Assembly (NCBI GenBank): GCA_040382375.1
Contig: JBEIFO010000001.1
Coordinates: 1 to 38,472, forward strand
Source of the DNA: Crocinitomicaceae bacterium
GTDB lineage: Bacteria; Bacteroidota; Bacteroidia; Flavobacteriales_D; Sanyastnellaceae
Length of the DNA: 38,472 nucleotides
Direction: 5' to 3'
The notes under the pieces were generated by a model. It ran no database searches. It was not told the origin of the DNA and saw only the letters and a program-made list of their open reading frames with translations. Position numbers and translations under genes: made by a program. Of this stretch, positions 22,557 through 31,710 are shown one piece after another. The number at the start of each line of letters is the position of its first letter. Positions within the stretch are counted from its first letter, which is position 1.

Positions 22557-25319
22557 TTAAACAAAATTTAATGATTCTATCTCGTCGATTAATTCCTTTA
22601 GCTTGTTGTTCTCTTCAACATTGTACTTCCTGAATCCGCAGTTGGATAGAAGTATCAGTTGTACTTTGGTAATAAAGTTTTTATAGTGGTCAACCACTGG
22701 AAAAGTTACAGGTAAAATATTTGAAGAGCTGTCTTCTTCAAATAAATTAATTAATTCTTGATCAGATATGTTCTTACTTTTCGTGAGTAGAGAAGAAGTA
22801 TCAATGTTGAAAGTTTCTGCTAGTTCTAGAACAAGTTCATTTCTTTCTTCAGACATGAAGTTGAATCCGAAGTTGGAAACAAAGTCGTTGACATAGAATG
22901 TTATGATTGAGGCAAGATATTCATCGGTATCGTTAGAAACGCGCATTAACCTTGTTTTCTTTTCAAATAAATGAATGAGTTCTTGACGCACTCCAAATAT
23001 TTCAAAGGTTTGAATTAAGTTCTCACTAATTATTTTAACAGCCCCCAGATCGAGGCCTTGACTGGTATAGTCCTTGAAATTCTCAAGTTCTAATTTAGAT
23101 TTCCAAATTTCAATTACCCCATCAACTAAAGTGCTTGCAGCGGTTATGTGAACGTTTTTCAGAACTTCTGAAAGATCTATATTTTGAGCATTGAGCCATT
23201 CTTGCAATTGAGCAGGTGACTGCAAATTCTGTTTTTCCATGAGCATTCTCTCATTTTCCTCAACAGATTTATTTAGATCTAAGTCGTATGTTCGAATAAT
23301 AACCTCTTCGCGGGTAGGGGTGTGGTCGTTAGATGCAGGCAGGTAATGCTCATGAATGAAATTGTACGTTTCCGTATTCGAGATATAAAGTTTGGAAAGA
23401 AATTCTCCGAACTTCGAACCATTCGCAGTGAAAAGATTTAAGAGTTGCGTTCGAACTTTCTTACCATCATCCGCTGCCTGCTTTCTTTGATTCTGTATGT
23501 CATCTGTTTTATAATGCGATTTCAGATTCTTTAAAGTCAAGGTTTTGAAGCTTCCAAGTTTACTTGAATAGTTCTTCGTCTTAATTAAATTATTAGCAGC
23601 CGGGTACAGATCATTAATTATTCGTTGGCTTCCGTCTTTATTCGGACTTGATGATTCTTCCCAGGCCTCCAAAGGATTTCTGAAATGCTCTTTGATGTAT
23701 GGATATTTAGTGAAGCTTTCTTTTAATCGATTGTAGTAATCGAGTTTCTCTTGATGAATACCCGTTTCCTTGCCGCTTGCATGGAACCCCGAGAAGACGT
23801 CTTCTGAAAACTGATAATCACGAAGCATATAAAAGCTCTTAAACATGGCTTCGCTTGTGGTCCAATTCTCGTCCCAGTCATTGGCTTTGGTAACAGTTTC
23901 TTCTTTGAAAAGTCTGACGAATCGTTTTTCCCATTTCTCAGCAAGCTCGCCCTGATCAGAATTTGGGTTGAACTTCAACGTTTCATTGTAAAAGGTAAGT
24001 ACAACGAACAATGGGCTAGTTCCTGAATTTCCAATTCTTTTTTCACGCTCATCAGCATTTTCACCTACGTTTCTTTTAATCCAATCGTTAATTAAAAGAG
24101 GTATTTCCTTTACCTCGTTATTTCTATTGAATAGACAAAAGAGAAGGTTGTTAATTTCGTAGTTGGAAGAATACTTGTTGAATAAATAAGATACCTTACC
24201 TCTTAAAAATAAAGAAGGAATGGTACTCCTTTTTAAATCGCTTTGTTCGAATGGTTTTCTAGAACGTGCCCCAGGGAAGTCTAATAAGTCAGTGTTATGT
24301 AAAAAAGGTTTTTCCTCGGCTACTTCGGGGCTCAGAGGCATAGAAATTTCTGCAGTAAGAGCACTCAGTATATGAACGTCAATGGTAACTTGTTGTTTGT
24401 TCGAAAGAAGAATGTTAATATTCTCCTCGCGATCTAATATCCCTTCAACACGCATAACATCAAGGATCTTTCCTTCGTCGCGGTGTATTGCACTTTTATT
24501 AACGTAAACAGTAGTTTCGTAATTTAGAATTGAGAGTGCAGATAATAATTTTCGAAATAGTTCACTGAAGTTTTTGTCGAATGCCCAAATAATTTCGAAT
24601 AGTTCAACCCAACGCATGGGTTCTACTTTAGGAATCATATCTGCAATTTCAGCCCAAAATGCACTTTGTGAAAATTCGACAGCTTTTGAGCTGGCACGTT
24701 CCAAATAGTTTTCGAAATACTTTTTTAAATAATAAATATGATCCTCATTCAAATGCGTTTGGTTGTGAGTTGAATGAGCCAAGCTTTTCTTGAAATTCTC
24801 GAGATGTGAATCTATTTCAGCCGTCGAAGGATAAGATTCGAGCTTAATAATATCTGAGAAAAAACTATCGCTTAATATCAGCAATACATCTTTTGTATCT
24901 AAAAGCTTAACTTTTATTGGATAATCATTGCTAATGATTTTTGAATCAATAGTGAAGCGGCTAACTACTCCAGTACTTTCTGTTCCACCACCTCTTGGAT
25001 TTATGGACTGAAGAAAATCGATGTTCTCATTGGGAAGCTGAATCTCTAGATTCTTGTGCTCAGATGAAAGTAGGTTTTTTACAAGGTACGATTTACCCAC
25101 TTGGCTCACGCCGAAAAGTGCGAAAACAGGTTTGGTTTCTACACTGTCTTCTATCGTTTTTATTTCAGACTTCGTCTCCAGTAATGAATTTAACATTACC
25201 CCTTTCTCCTCAAGACTTAAATTCTCCTTTGTCCACCCTGCGGCAGAGGACATCAGTTTATGAAATTCTAATGATTCTTTTCGAAGTTGAACAAGTTCTT
25301 CTTTGCTGTAATTCTTCAT
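22557..25319 (-). CDS. large P-loop GTPase, SrfC-like (putative virulence factor family), dynamin-sized
   Basis: 920-aa ORF. Walker A/G1 is FALFGVSQVGKSYLV (25089-25112), followed by INPRGGGTESTGVVSRFT, and G3-like LLDFPGARS (24270-24281). It starts 5 nt after the SrfB-like gene. Gene order and size match my recollection of srfB-srfC. The assignment has not been verified by a search. Confidence 0.6.
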   Translation of the reverse strand: MKNYSKEELVQLRKESLEFHKLMSSAAGWTKENLSLEEKGVMLNSLLETKSEIKTIEDSVETKPVFALFGVSQVGKSYLVKNLLSSEHKNLEIQLPNENIDFLQSINPRGGGTESTGVVSRFTIDSKIISNDYPIKVKLLDTKDVLLILSDSFFSDIIKLESYPSTAEIDSHLENFKKSLAHSTHNQTHLNEDHIYYLKKYFENYLERASSKAVEFSQSAFWAEIADMIPKVEPMRWVELFEIIWAFDKNFSELFRKLLSALSILNYETTVYVNKSAIHRDEGKILDVMRVEGILDREENINILLSNKQQVTIDVHILSALTAEISMPLSPEVAEEKPFLHNTDLLDFPGARSRKPFEQSDLKRSTIPSLFLRGKVSYLFNKYSSNYEINNLLFCLFNRNNEVKEIPLLINDWIKRNVGENADEREKRIGNSGTSPLFVVLTFYNETLKFNPNSDQGELAEKWEKRFVRLFKEETVTKANDWDENWTTSEAMFKSFYMLRDYQFSEDVFSGFHASGKETGIHQEKLDYYNRLKESFTKYPYIKEHFRNPLEAWEESSSPNKDGSQRIINDLYPAANNLIKTKNYSSKLGSFKTLTLKNLKSHYKTDDIQNQRKQAADDGKKVRTQLLNLFTANGSKFGEFLSKLYISNTETYNFIHEHYLPASNDHTPTREEVIIRTYDLDLNKSVEENERMLMEKQNLQSPAQLQEWLNAQNIDLSEVLKNVHITAASTLVDGVIEIWKSKLELENFKDYTSQGLDLGAVKIISENLIQTFEIFGVRQELIHLFEKKTRLMRVSNDTDEYLASIITFYVNDFVSNFGFNFMSEERNELVLELAETFNIDTSSLLTKSKNISDQELINLFEEDSSSNILPVTFPVVDHYKNFITKVQLILLSNCGFRKYNVEENNKLKELIDEIESLNFV

Positions 25320-25324
25320 TCTGT

Positions 25325-28300
25325 TTAAGTTCTTGAGTTAATAGACAAAGTGAATTCTGCCGTGTCGAACCAATATCCGTTTTCGCTGGCCAGCGTAATA
25401 AGTTTTATTGTGAACATTGAATTGGAAATACTATCTCCATTCGCATCTACAACTTCTTCAAGTTCTAGTTTTTCTCTGTCAATGTCAAATTCGCGGCTTA
25501 CCTTAAACGTGAATGGAAGCTTCGCATTATTCTCATTTATGATATTTTGATACACGTTAGCGAAATTTCCAGGATTATTCATGGTTCTGGATTTGGCTTG
25601 ATTACTTATGAAAAGTTCATTGTAATCTATTTGATAAATATATCGAGCTGGATAATTGTTAGAATCTACTTTCTTCATTCCTATTTGAAGAGGAATGTAG
25701 TAGGCGTTAAAGCTAATTTGTTTTTGCTCAGGATTCATGATCACATTTGGAATGACATTATCTTGAATTTGTCCTAAATAATTCGCGGTCGATTGTAATC
25801 TCATTTTAAGTTCGTCGGCATTTATTTTGAACTTATTTAATTTAAAAAACTTCGTGCCCATCAGTCCAATTAGAGCTCCAGTGGCTACAATTGTCTTGGG
25901 ATCTTTGATGTATCCGTTGTTATCTGAAAAAGGGTACCATTTGCCAATCCAATAGTTATTCAAATTAATAAACCTGTTCGGCTGCACTGGGTGTATCTCC
26001 AAGAAAAGTTCTTCAATAGCTTTTAAATTACAAGGTCTTCCAGATATAATAATGAAATCACATCTGTAGAGGTGCATTAATTTTGCAACTTGCTTAATTA
26101 ATTTTGAAAAAGTGAAGCGTACAACGTTATTTACTTTTTTAGGATTTAAGTTCCATGTTAAATCTTCAAATCGGAATCCAAAATGTTCATGGAAATAATT
26201 CAACAGATCATCACTCGGCTTGTTGTCAGCAAATAGCTCTTGATAGCTCACTGTTTCGGATTGAGAGTTATTTGCAATGTCAAGGTACTTATGGGCAATA
26301 GGTATACCAATTTGGTTTAAGAAATTAACACGCATCATGCGTGTTAAATAGCTCATAGTGGCAGCATCTCTTCCAAAGAAACCGTTGATTTTCTCTCTGA
26401 TTTCATTCCCAATAACGGAGTATCCGAAGTTTTCAATAACACCTGAACATCCTATGTCATCAGGTGAAAGTTGCGCTCCTTCTATAATTATTGATTGAAT
26501 AATATTTTTAATTAGATCATCACCGGCCAAATGAAATCCTTCGAAATATAATGGTTTTGGTTTTAGTTCGGTAGAATTGTTAAACGTCAACTCATATTCG
26601 CAGATCATTAAATCGGAGGTGCCTCCTCCAATATCAAGTGATCCTATGGTTAGCACTTTTTTATCATCTGGCGTTTTGTGACCGAAAATATTAAAGAGGT
26701 CAGTCGGGTTTCCATCGAATTTATGTTGAATCAGCCCATACATGAAGACAAGCTGACTGCATGTAGCTTCGTCATAGATCCAATCAACTCTGTCCTCGAG
26801 TGGCTCGTCGTGATTTTTCCTTAGGTCGGCAATTCTAGGTATAATATCAAAAGAATCAGCGACCATTGGGCTAATTACTGCTCCGCTTGAATTTATTTTT
26901 TTAGAATAATTTGAAAGCATTTTCACAGCTTCTTCTGCGCATTGTCTTAACGCCACTTGCTCGGCTTTTATCATTCCAATAGGACAGCTAATTACAACAT
27001 GTCGTAATCTTCTTCTAGAATTTGGTTTGCCATGAATGGATCGAAACTCAAAAGAGTTGAACTGTGCAATAGCTTGGGAGAAAATCTCTAAAAACAAAAA
27101 TGTCATTAAAGTCTTTCTCGAGTAAAGGGGCAATGCTCCGAAGGCGTCATCTGAACAATACGCTCCGTCACTCTTTAACTGTTCTGAAATGCCTTTTTTA
27201 TAGACGTTTTTAGGTATTTCAGCTGCATTATCATGGAATTTCCATGGGGTCTTAGACGCTTTTTTATCCCATAGATATCGCTTAGGACTTGAGTTGAATG
27301 ATTTTGTTTCTTGTTGTATATTTCGCTTTACTTCGAATGCATGAATGAGGTTTTCAGCTTCAAAACCAATTCTGACAGGGCTAGGCCATAAAAACTTTTC
27401 TTGGCCCGCAAAAAAAGAATCCTCTAATCCGAATTTTTCATCTCGAAACACAATTCGAGTAGAAAATGCTTCACCATATGATTTCGAAGGGTTACTAAGG
27501 TCTCTTATTTTTAATTTCTTTACTTTGTTAAAGTTAATCTCACCCTCTGTGGGTGTTTCGAAAAGTATAGCGCAAGTATGAGAATTCCCAACATCTATTG
27601 AGAGATCTAGATCAATAACATCTGATTGGTCACTGAGCAACTGAATCGTGGGTAATTGCATACTCGATTTCAATAACCGAAGCAAATGAATGTAACTCGC
27701 GAGGTGCTTGGTTTGCGAGTCTGTAGCATTGAATTTGAATAAACTCTTTAGCCAACTTTCCACCCAACCGCAACCAGTGAAATCGCTGAGAAAACTCAAG
27801 ATGGAATCTTCGTTTTGACAGATATGGTATTTGTTCTCGTTGGGATTAGAATTTAGTAATGGAGTGTGATTTTGATTGTTCTCATCGGTTATCGTCGTGT
27901 CAATGGCGAGAACGAATTTTAACTCTGAAGACGCCTCAATGTATTCAAACCAACAACGAACCCAGTCAGTTGGCCCGAATAGATTATCATTGATTTGATT
28001 GTTTTTAAAGTAGGGTAATGGAATCCATTTTTTTTCAAATTGCTTTAAGGTCTTTTCTATATTTCGTATGGAAAATGTTCTTTCTTCATCCTCATCAAAC
28101 AAATAAACATCAGAGCTAACAATTTTATTTATGGCTTCAATATCAGCAAGGCTATCGCGATCAATTCGTAATTTTAGCAGATCAGATTTACGGATGAGTT
28201 TACCAAGACTTTTTATTTCAATCAACTCTTCGAACCAATACTTCATGGTAAGGCTATCGATCCCTTCGAAATAATTGAACCTTAGAGCTCTGAATTTTTG

Positions 28301-28369
28301 CGCATCTAATTTTATTGAAAAATCTAAAATTTGAATGCCAGTGCTCGAAATCAATGAAATATATTCCAT
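25325..28369 (-). CDS. Hsp70/actin-fold (ASKHA) ATPase, SrfB-like
   Basis: 1014-aa ORF. Phosphate-1 is DLSIDVGNSHTCAILFE (Asp259 at 27593-27595), phosphate-2 is IGSLDIGGGTSDLMICE (Asp579 at 26633-26635) and the adenosine-type motif is FIIISGRPCNLKAI. It also has SPKRYLWD, which I associate with the SrfB family. It is the first gene of the operon. Confidence 0.65.
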   Translation of the reverse strand: MEYISLISSTGIQILDFSIKLDAQKFRALRFNYFEGIDSLTMKYWFEELIEIKSLGKLIRKSDLLKLRIDRDSLADIEAINKIVSSDVYLFDEDEERTFSIRNIEKTLKQFEKKWIPLPYFKNNQINDNLFGPTDWVRCWFEYIEASSELKFVLAIDTTITDENNQNHTPLLNSNPNENKYHICQNEDSILSFLSDFTGCGWVESWLKSLFKFNATDSQTKHLASYIHLLRLLKSSMQLPTIQLLSDQSDVIDLDLSIDVGNSHTCAILFETPTEGEINFNKVKKLKIRDLSNPSKSYGEAFSTRIVFRDEKFGLEDSFFAGQEKFLWPSPVRIGFEAENLIHAFEVKRNIQQETKSFNSSPKRYLWDKKASKTPWKFHDNAAEIPKNVYKKGISEQLKSDGAYCSDDAFGALPLYSRKTLMTFLFLEIFSQAIAQFNSFEFRSIHGKPNSRRRLRHVVISCPIGMIKAEQVALRQCAEEAVKMLSNYSKKINSSGAVISPMVADSFDIIPRIADLRKNHDEPLEDRVDWIYDEATCSQLVFMYGLIQHKFDGNPTDLFNIFGHKTPDDKKVLTIGSLDIGGGTSDLMICEYELTFNNSTELKPKPLYFEGFHLAGDDLIKNIIQSIIIEGAQLSPDDIGCSGVIENFGYSVIGNEIREKINGFFGRDAATMSYLTRMMRVNFLNQIGIPIAHKYLDIANNSQSETVSYQELFADNKPSDDLLNYFHEHFGFRFEDLTWNLNPKKVNNVVRFTFSKLIKQVAKLMHLYRCDFIIISGRPCNLKAIEELFLEIHPVQPNRFINLNNYWIGKWYPFSDNNGYIKDPKTIVATGALIGLMGTKFFKLNKFKINADELKMRLQSTANYLGQIQDNVIPNVIMNPEQKQISFNAYYIPLQIGMKKVDSNNYPARYIYQIDYNELFISNQAKSRTMNNPGNFANVYQNIINENNAKLPFTFKVSREFDIDREKLELEEVVDANGDSISNSMFTIKLITLASENGYWFDTAEFTLSINSRT

Positions 28370-28965
28370 GTTTAAATATTCTTTAATGCATAAGGTAAAC
28401 TTACCTAAAATTGTAACGTTTAGAATTAGACTACCTCAATTGTTTATTGTTGCTAAGTTAGCTATCTATTTGAATCGTTTGGAATTCAAAATGAATAAAA
28501 TCTCGTTTTAAGTGTTCAAGAATGAAGTTTTGGAAAAATGTTTTTATTCGGGCCTAAAGCCGATTTATAGTTTATTCAACTCCCCTCAATATCATACAGT
28601 ATTTTTTTAGCGAAGAGGGAATAGTATCTAACACTTTAGCTCCAGCTGAAGGGGCAATGCATTTTGAGGTTGTGGTTTCGTTGTTTATTCCCAGAACTGA
28701 GGAGTTAGAAATTGTGTACGGGGTTGAAAACTAATGGCACTTCACTGAATTATATGTGCCTAATAGCGGCGTCATTCCGAGGTATGCCTGGATTTTTGGC
28801 GGTGAAATCTCTAATGTAGATTTTCGCTCAAAACCTTAATCATTAATTTAGTCTCTTTTCCAAATCTGGTTTTGGTAATTATTCGTAACATAATTCTTTT
28901 GTGTTAGGGTGCTTAGGGTTCCTTTGACATTGTTTTATTGTATATTTACCAATCTAAACGATTCT

Positions 28966-29238
28966 ATGAGACAATATGTGTTGTTTGTATTGGCACTTTT
29001 CGTTGGTTTAAATTCGATTGCATCAAGCGTCATTGGGTTTATTAACACTGCCGTTGACTTCAATAGAAATAACCGGTCCATTACATTTGATTATAGAGAC
29101 TCTTGTTTTACCAATGCGGATTCTGCGGTTGATATTAATTGCTTTAAATCACTCGAGCTAATTTTAAGGGTAAATGAAAGACTCATTGGTTTGTTTTATC
29201 AATCGAAGGGCGTGGCTGTGAAAGATCTATCCCCATGA
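28966..29238 (+). CDS. possible small secreted protein (90 aa)
   Basis: An internal ATG in the 28909-29238 ORF gives MRQYVLFVLALFVGLNSIASS, which is signal-peptide-like. It is the only sizeable ORF in the 0.98-kb divergent gap. There is no homology support. Confidence 0.35.
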   Translation: MRQYVLFVLALFVGLNSIASSVIGFINTAVDFNRNNRSITFDYRDSCFTNADSAVDINCFKSLELILRVNERLIGLFYQSKGVAVKDLSP

Positions 29239-29347
29239 GATTTGTTGTTTTTTACAAGGAGTAATATAAACTCCGGAAAAGTAGGAAAAGGGCTTTGTTT
29301 TAATTTCTAAGTTGCATGAATTTATGTTGAATAAATAGAATTGAAGA

Positions 29348-30451
29348 ATGAATACGAATAAGAAAATTAAGAAAAAGAACAAAAGGTTTGTTGCATTAGG
29401 AGTGTTTGTTGCGCTGCTTTTGGTTGCTGTTTTGATATTCTTTATGTTTTCGGAATATGAGTTAACCAAAGAGCAGAGTTACTCAGTTGAAATTTATCAT
29501 TCTGGTCCAATTGCTCAGAATATGGAAGAATTCAATAAAGAAATGTCGGCTTTACTTATGAGCTCAAAGTTGCCAACTTCTTCCGGATTTATCTCGCCGG
29601 TTGTCGAGTTGCATGAAAAGCTTAATGCAGGGGAAACGAGTAAAATTGAAGTGCCAATAGGCGGCTTAACATGGTTGGTGAATAAGTGTTTTGGTGGTTT
29701 TTATGATTATGACAGTAGAAAGGGTGACGACGAGGATATGTTAGGCGAGAGTGGTAGTTTGTTTTCAAGGGATGACTATAAATATTTTTCTGTAAGCGCC
29801 TTAGCTAACGGAGATCCAGCGGTGAATCAAGTTGTTCATGATGTGAATAATAGCACTGAGTTTTTTATAAATGGCAACTTGCCGGGTATTTCTTCTGCTG
29901 ATAAAGTAGTTTGGAAATCATTGGCTGAACTTAAAAAACATTTGGACGCCCTCATCTCTTCGGGTAAAATTTCAAGTGAAACTGTTGTGAAGATATATTA
30001 CCAAGGTGGAGATACAGAATCTGATAGCGATAGGGATGGCGTTTTAGATAACGTAGATGGCTGTCCTGGTGTAGCAGGTGAGATCGCATGTGGTGGATGT
30101 ATTTGCGAAACTGTTGTGGATGAATTACCAGAGGAAGAGGAAATAGGTTTAGTGGAGCCGCCTGTTGCAGCAGCGGAAGCTCCAAGTGACTTTGTTTTGA
30201 ATAACGGAGTATTAAGTTGGTCGGGTGGTCCGGAAAGATTAAATTTTCATGTTGTAACTAGTTCTGGAACTATGAGAGCAGTTGAAATAGGGAAGGGTGG
30301 TGAGCTCAAATTGAAGGAAGATGAATATTTAAAGCTTCAGAGAACAATAAGCAGTTCAAATAAAAGACTAGAGTATCAAAGTGCCGATAGAAATTGGGTT
30401 GATTGTCAGATTAAAGAGTTCTCATGTAATAAAGTAATTAAAGATGAATAG
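29348..30451 (+). CDS. N-terminally anchored protein with one TSP3-like Ca-binding loop and a Cys cluster
   Basis: 367-aa ORF with a Lys-rich N-terminus followed by the TM FVALGVFVALLLVAVLIFFMF. It contains DTESDSDRDGVLDNVDGCPGVAGEIACGGCIC. Confidence 0.55.
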   Translation: MNTNKKIKKKNKRFVALGVFVALLLVAVLIFFMFSEYELTKEQSYSVEIYHSGPIAQNMEEFNKEMSALLMSSKLPTSSGFISPVVELHEKLNAGETSKIEVPIGGLTWLVNKCFGGFYDYDSRKGDDEDMLGESGSLFSRDDYKYFSVSALANGDPAVNQVVHDVNNSTEFFINGNLPGISSADKVVWKSLAELKKHLDALISSGKISSETVVKIYYQGGDTESDSDRDGVLDNVDGCPGVAGEIACGGCICETVVDELPEEEEIGLVEPPVAAAEAPSDFVLNNGVLSWSGGPERLNFHVVTSSGTMRAVEIGKGGELKLKEDEYLKLQRTISSSNKRLEYQSADRNWVDCQIKEFSCNKVIKDE

Positions 30452-31709
30452 GGAAATCGTTTTTTGGCTCAGGCCAAATTTGTTAGGGTTGGTATTATTA
30501 GTTTGCCTTTCGGTGAATTTTGCCTCTGCACAGTACATTCTGTTATTTGATAAAATTCCTACGGAGGAAGACGTAGATCGGTTAATGATGTCGAATGAGA
30601 CACTCTCTAAAATGAAGGGGGAAAGTTTTAAAGTTGCTGTTATAGGTTACGGAAATGTAGGCGTGTATTTTCACGGTAAAAATGGAGGGTTGAGTATAAC
30701 AGGGAGTCATCAGAGTCTTTGCAATTACAATGAATTGGAGGGTATAAAATCGTATTTTACTAAGAATAATCCGCAGGGTGTTTTCTATTTAGGAGAGGGC
30801 TCAATGTTAGTTTCGGCAGTTGGTTCGAAAGCCCTCTCGATTAATTCATTTAATAAGCTTTTTAGGAAGAAGTATAGCTCTATTGTTTTCGCGCATTTGG
30901 TTGCTCCGGAGAACAAATGGTTGAGAGATTTGAAGCTTCAAATTCCCGACAGGAAATTTATTGTTGGGGATAAAGCACAATTGAAATTCAGTTACAGCAC
31001 GAATTTTTCAAGAGAAGAACTTGATTTTTCGTTTAAACTAAATGACATTGAATATGAAGTGCCAGAATCTGGTGTTGTAGATGTTCGCTTGACTCAAATA
31101 ATGAACAAAATCACTTATTCGGTCAAAAGTAATTCCTGTGACTGTTTTATAGACTCCAGTGTTACAATTCTTGCCAATTCATGTGATACGAAGTTTCCAA
31201 TTTTATTGGATATGAATTTCGATAGTTTTTTAAATGCCAACGAGGGAGAGAAGATAAATAATGTCGAAAGGTGGCAGGTTACAGATAATTATATTTTTAG
31301 TGATTCATTGAAACTATACGATATCGGATATTGCTATGTTATTCCTGTTCATTTTGAGTGTCCGATTTCGGAGTTTAAAGTTTTTCTATGGAATGGTTCC
31401 GATTCGATGGAAACAAACCCACTGGTTCAGCAGGTGAGCAGAATGAATGAAGAACACGCTCCTGTTATAGATTTAAATGCACCCTTCAATAAATCTGTAG
31501 GAGACTGGACCTACTCTAAAGTGGGAAGAGAAGTGTATAAGTCGGTTTATAAGGCCCCGATTCCTGAGGACGTGGAGTTTATTTTGTTTAAGCCTGAAGG
31601 TGATTTGAGTCAATTTTTTAAATTGAGCTTTATTCCCTTAAATCTTACAAATAGTAATTGGCAATTCCCTCCTTTTGATATTGGATTTACAAGTTGTGAA
31701 AAGAATTAA
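30444..31709 (+). CDS. secreted protein, unknown function
   Basis: 421-aa ORF that overlaps the upstream gene by 8 nt. The signal peptide is LLGLVLLVCLSVNFASAQ. Confidence 0.5.
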   Translation: MNREIVFWLRPNLLGLVLLVCLSVNFASAQYILLFDKIPTEEDVDRLMMSNETLSKMKGESFKVAVIGYGNVGVYFHGKNGGLSITGSHQSLCNYNELEGIKSYFTKNNPQGVFYLGEGSMLVSAVGSKALSINSFNKLFRKKYSSIVFAHLVAPENKWLRDLKLQIPDRKFIVGDKAQLKFSYSTNFSREELDFSFKLNDIEYEVPESGVVDVRLTQIMNKITYSVKSNSCDCFIDSSVTILANSCDTKFPILLDMNFDSFLNANEGEKINNVERWQVTDNYIFSDSLKLYDIGYCYVIPVHFECPISEFKVFLWNGSDSMETNPLVQQVSRMNEEHAPVIDLNAPFNKSVGDWTYSKVGREVYKSVYKAPIPEDVEFILFKPEGDLSQFFKLSFIPLNLTNSNWQFPPFDIGFTSCEKN

Positions 31710-31710
31710 T

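Noticed and set aside
28393-28406. 14-nt palindrome aggtaa-ac-ttacct 24-37 nt upstream of the SrfB-like start codon as an operator
   Set aside because: Six-bp AT-rich arms are expected by chance many times per kb in this composition. There is no second copy or partner motif.
29227-29469. 80-aa minus-strand ORF
   Set aside because: It is antisense to the start of the 367-aa gene. Its hydrophobic stretch is just the complement of the Lys-rich/TM-coding segment.
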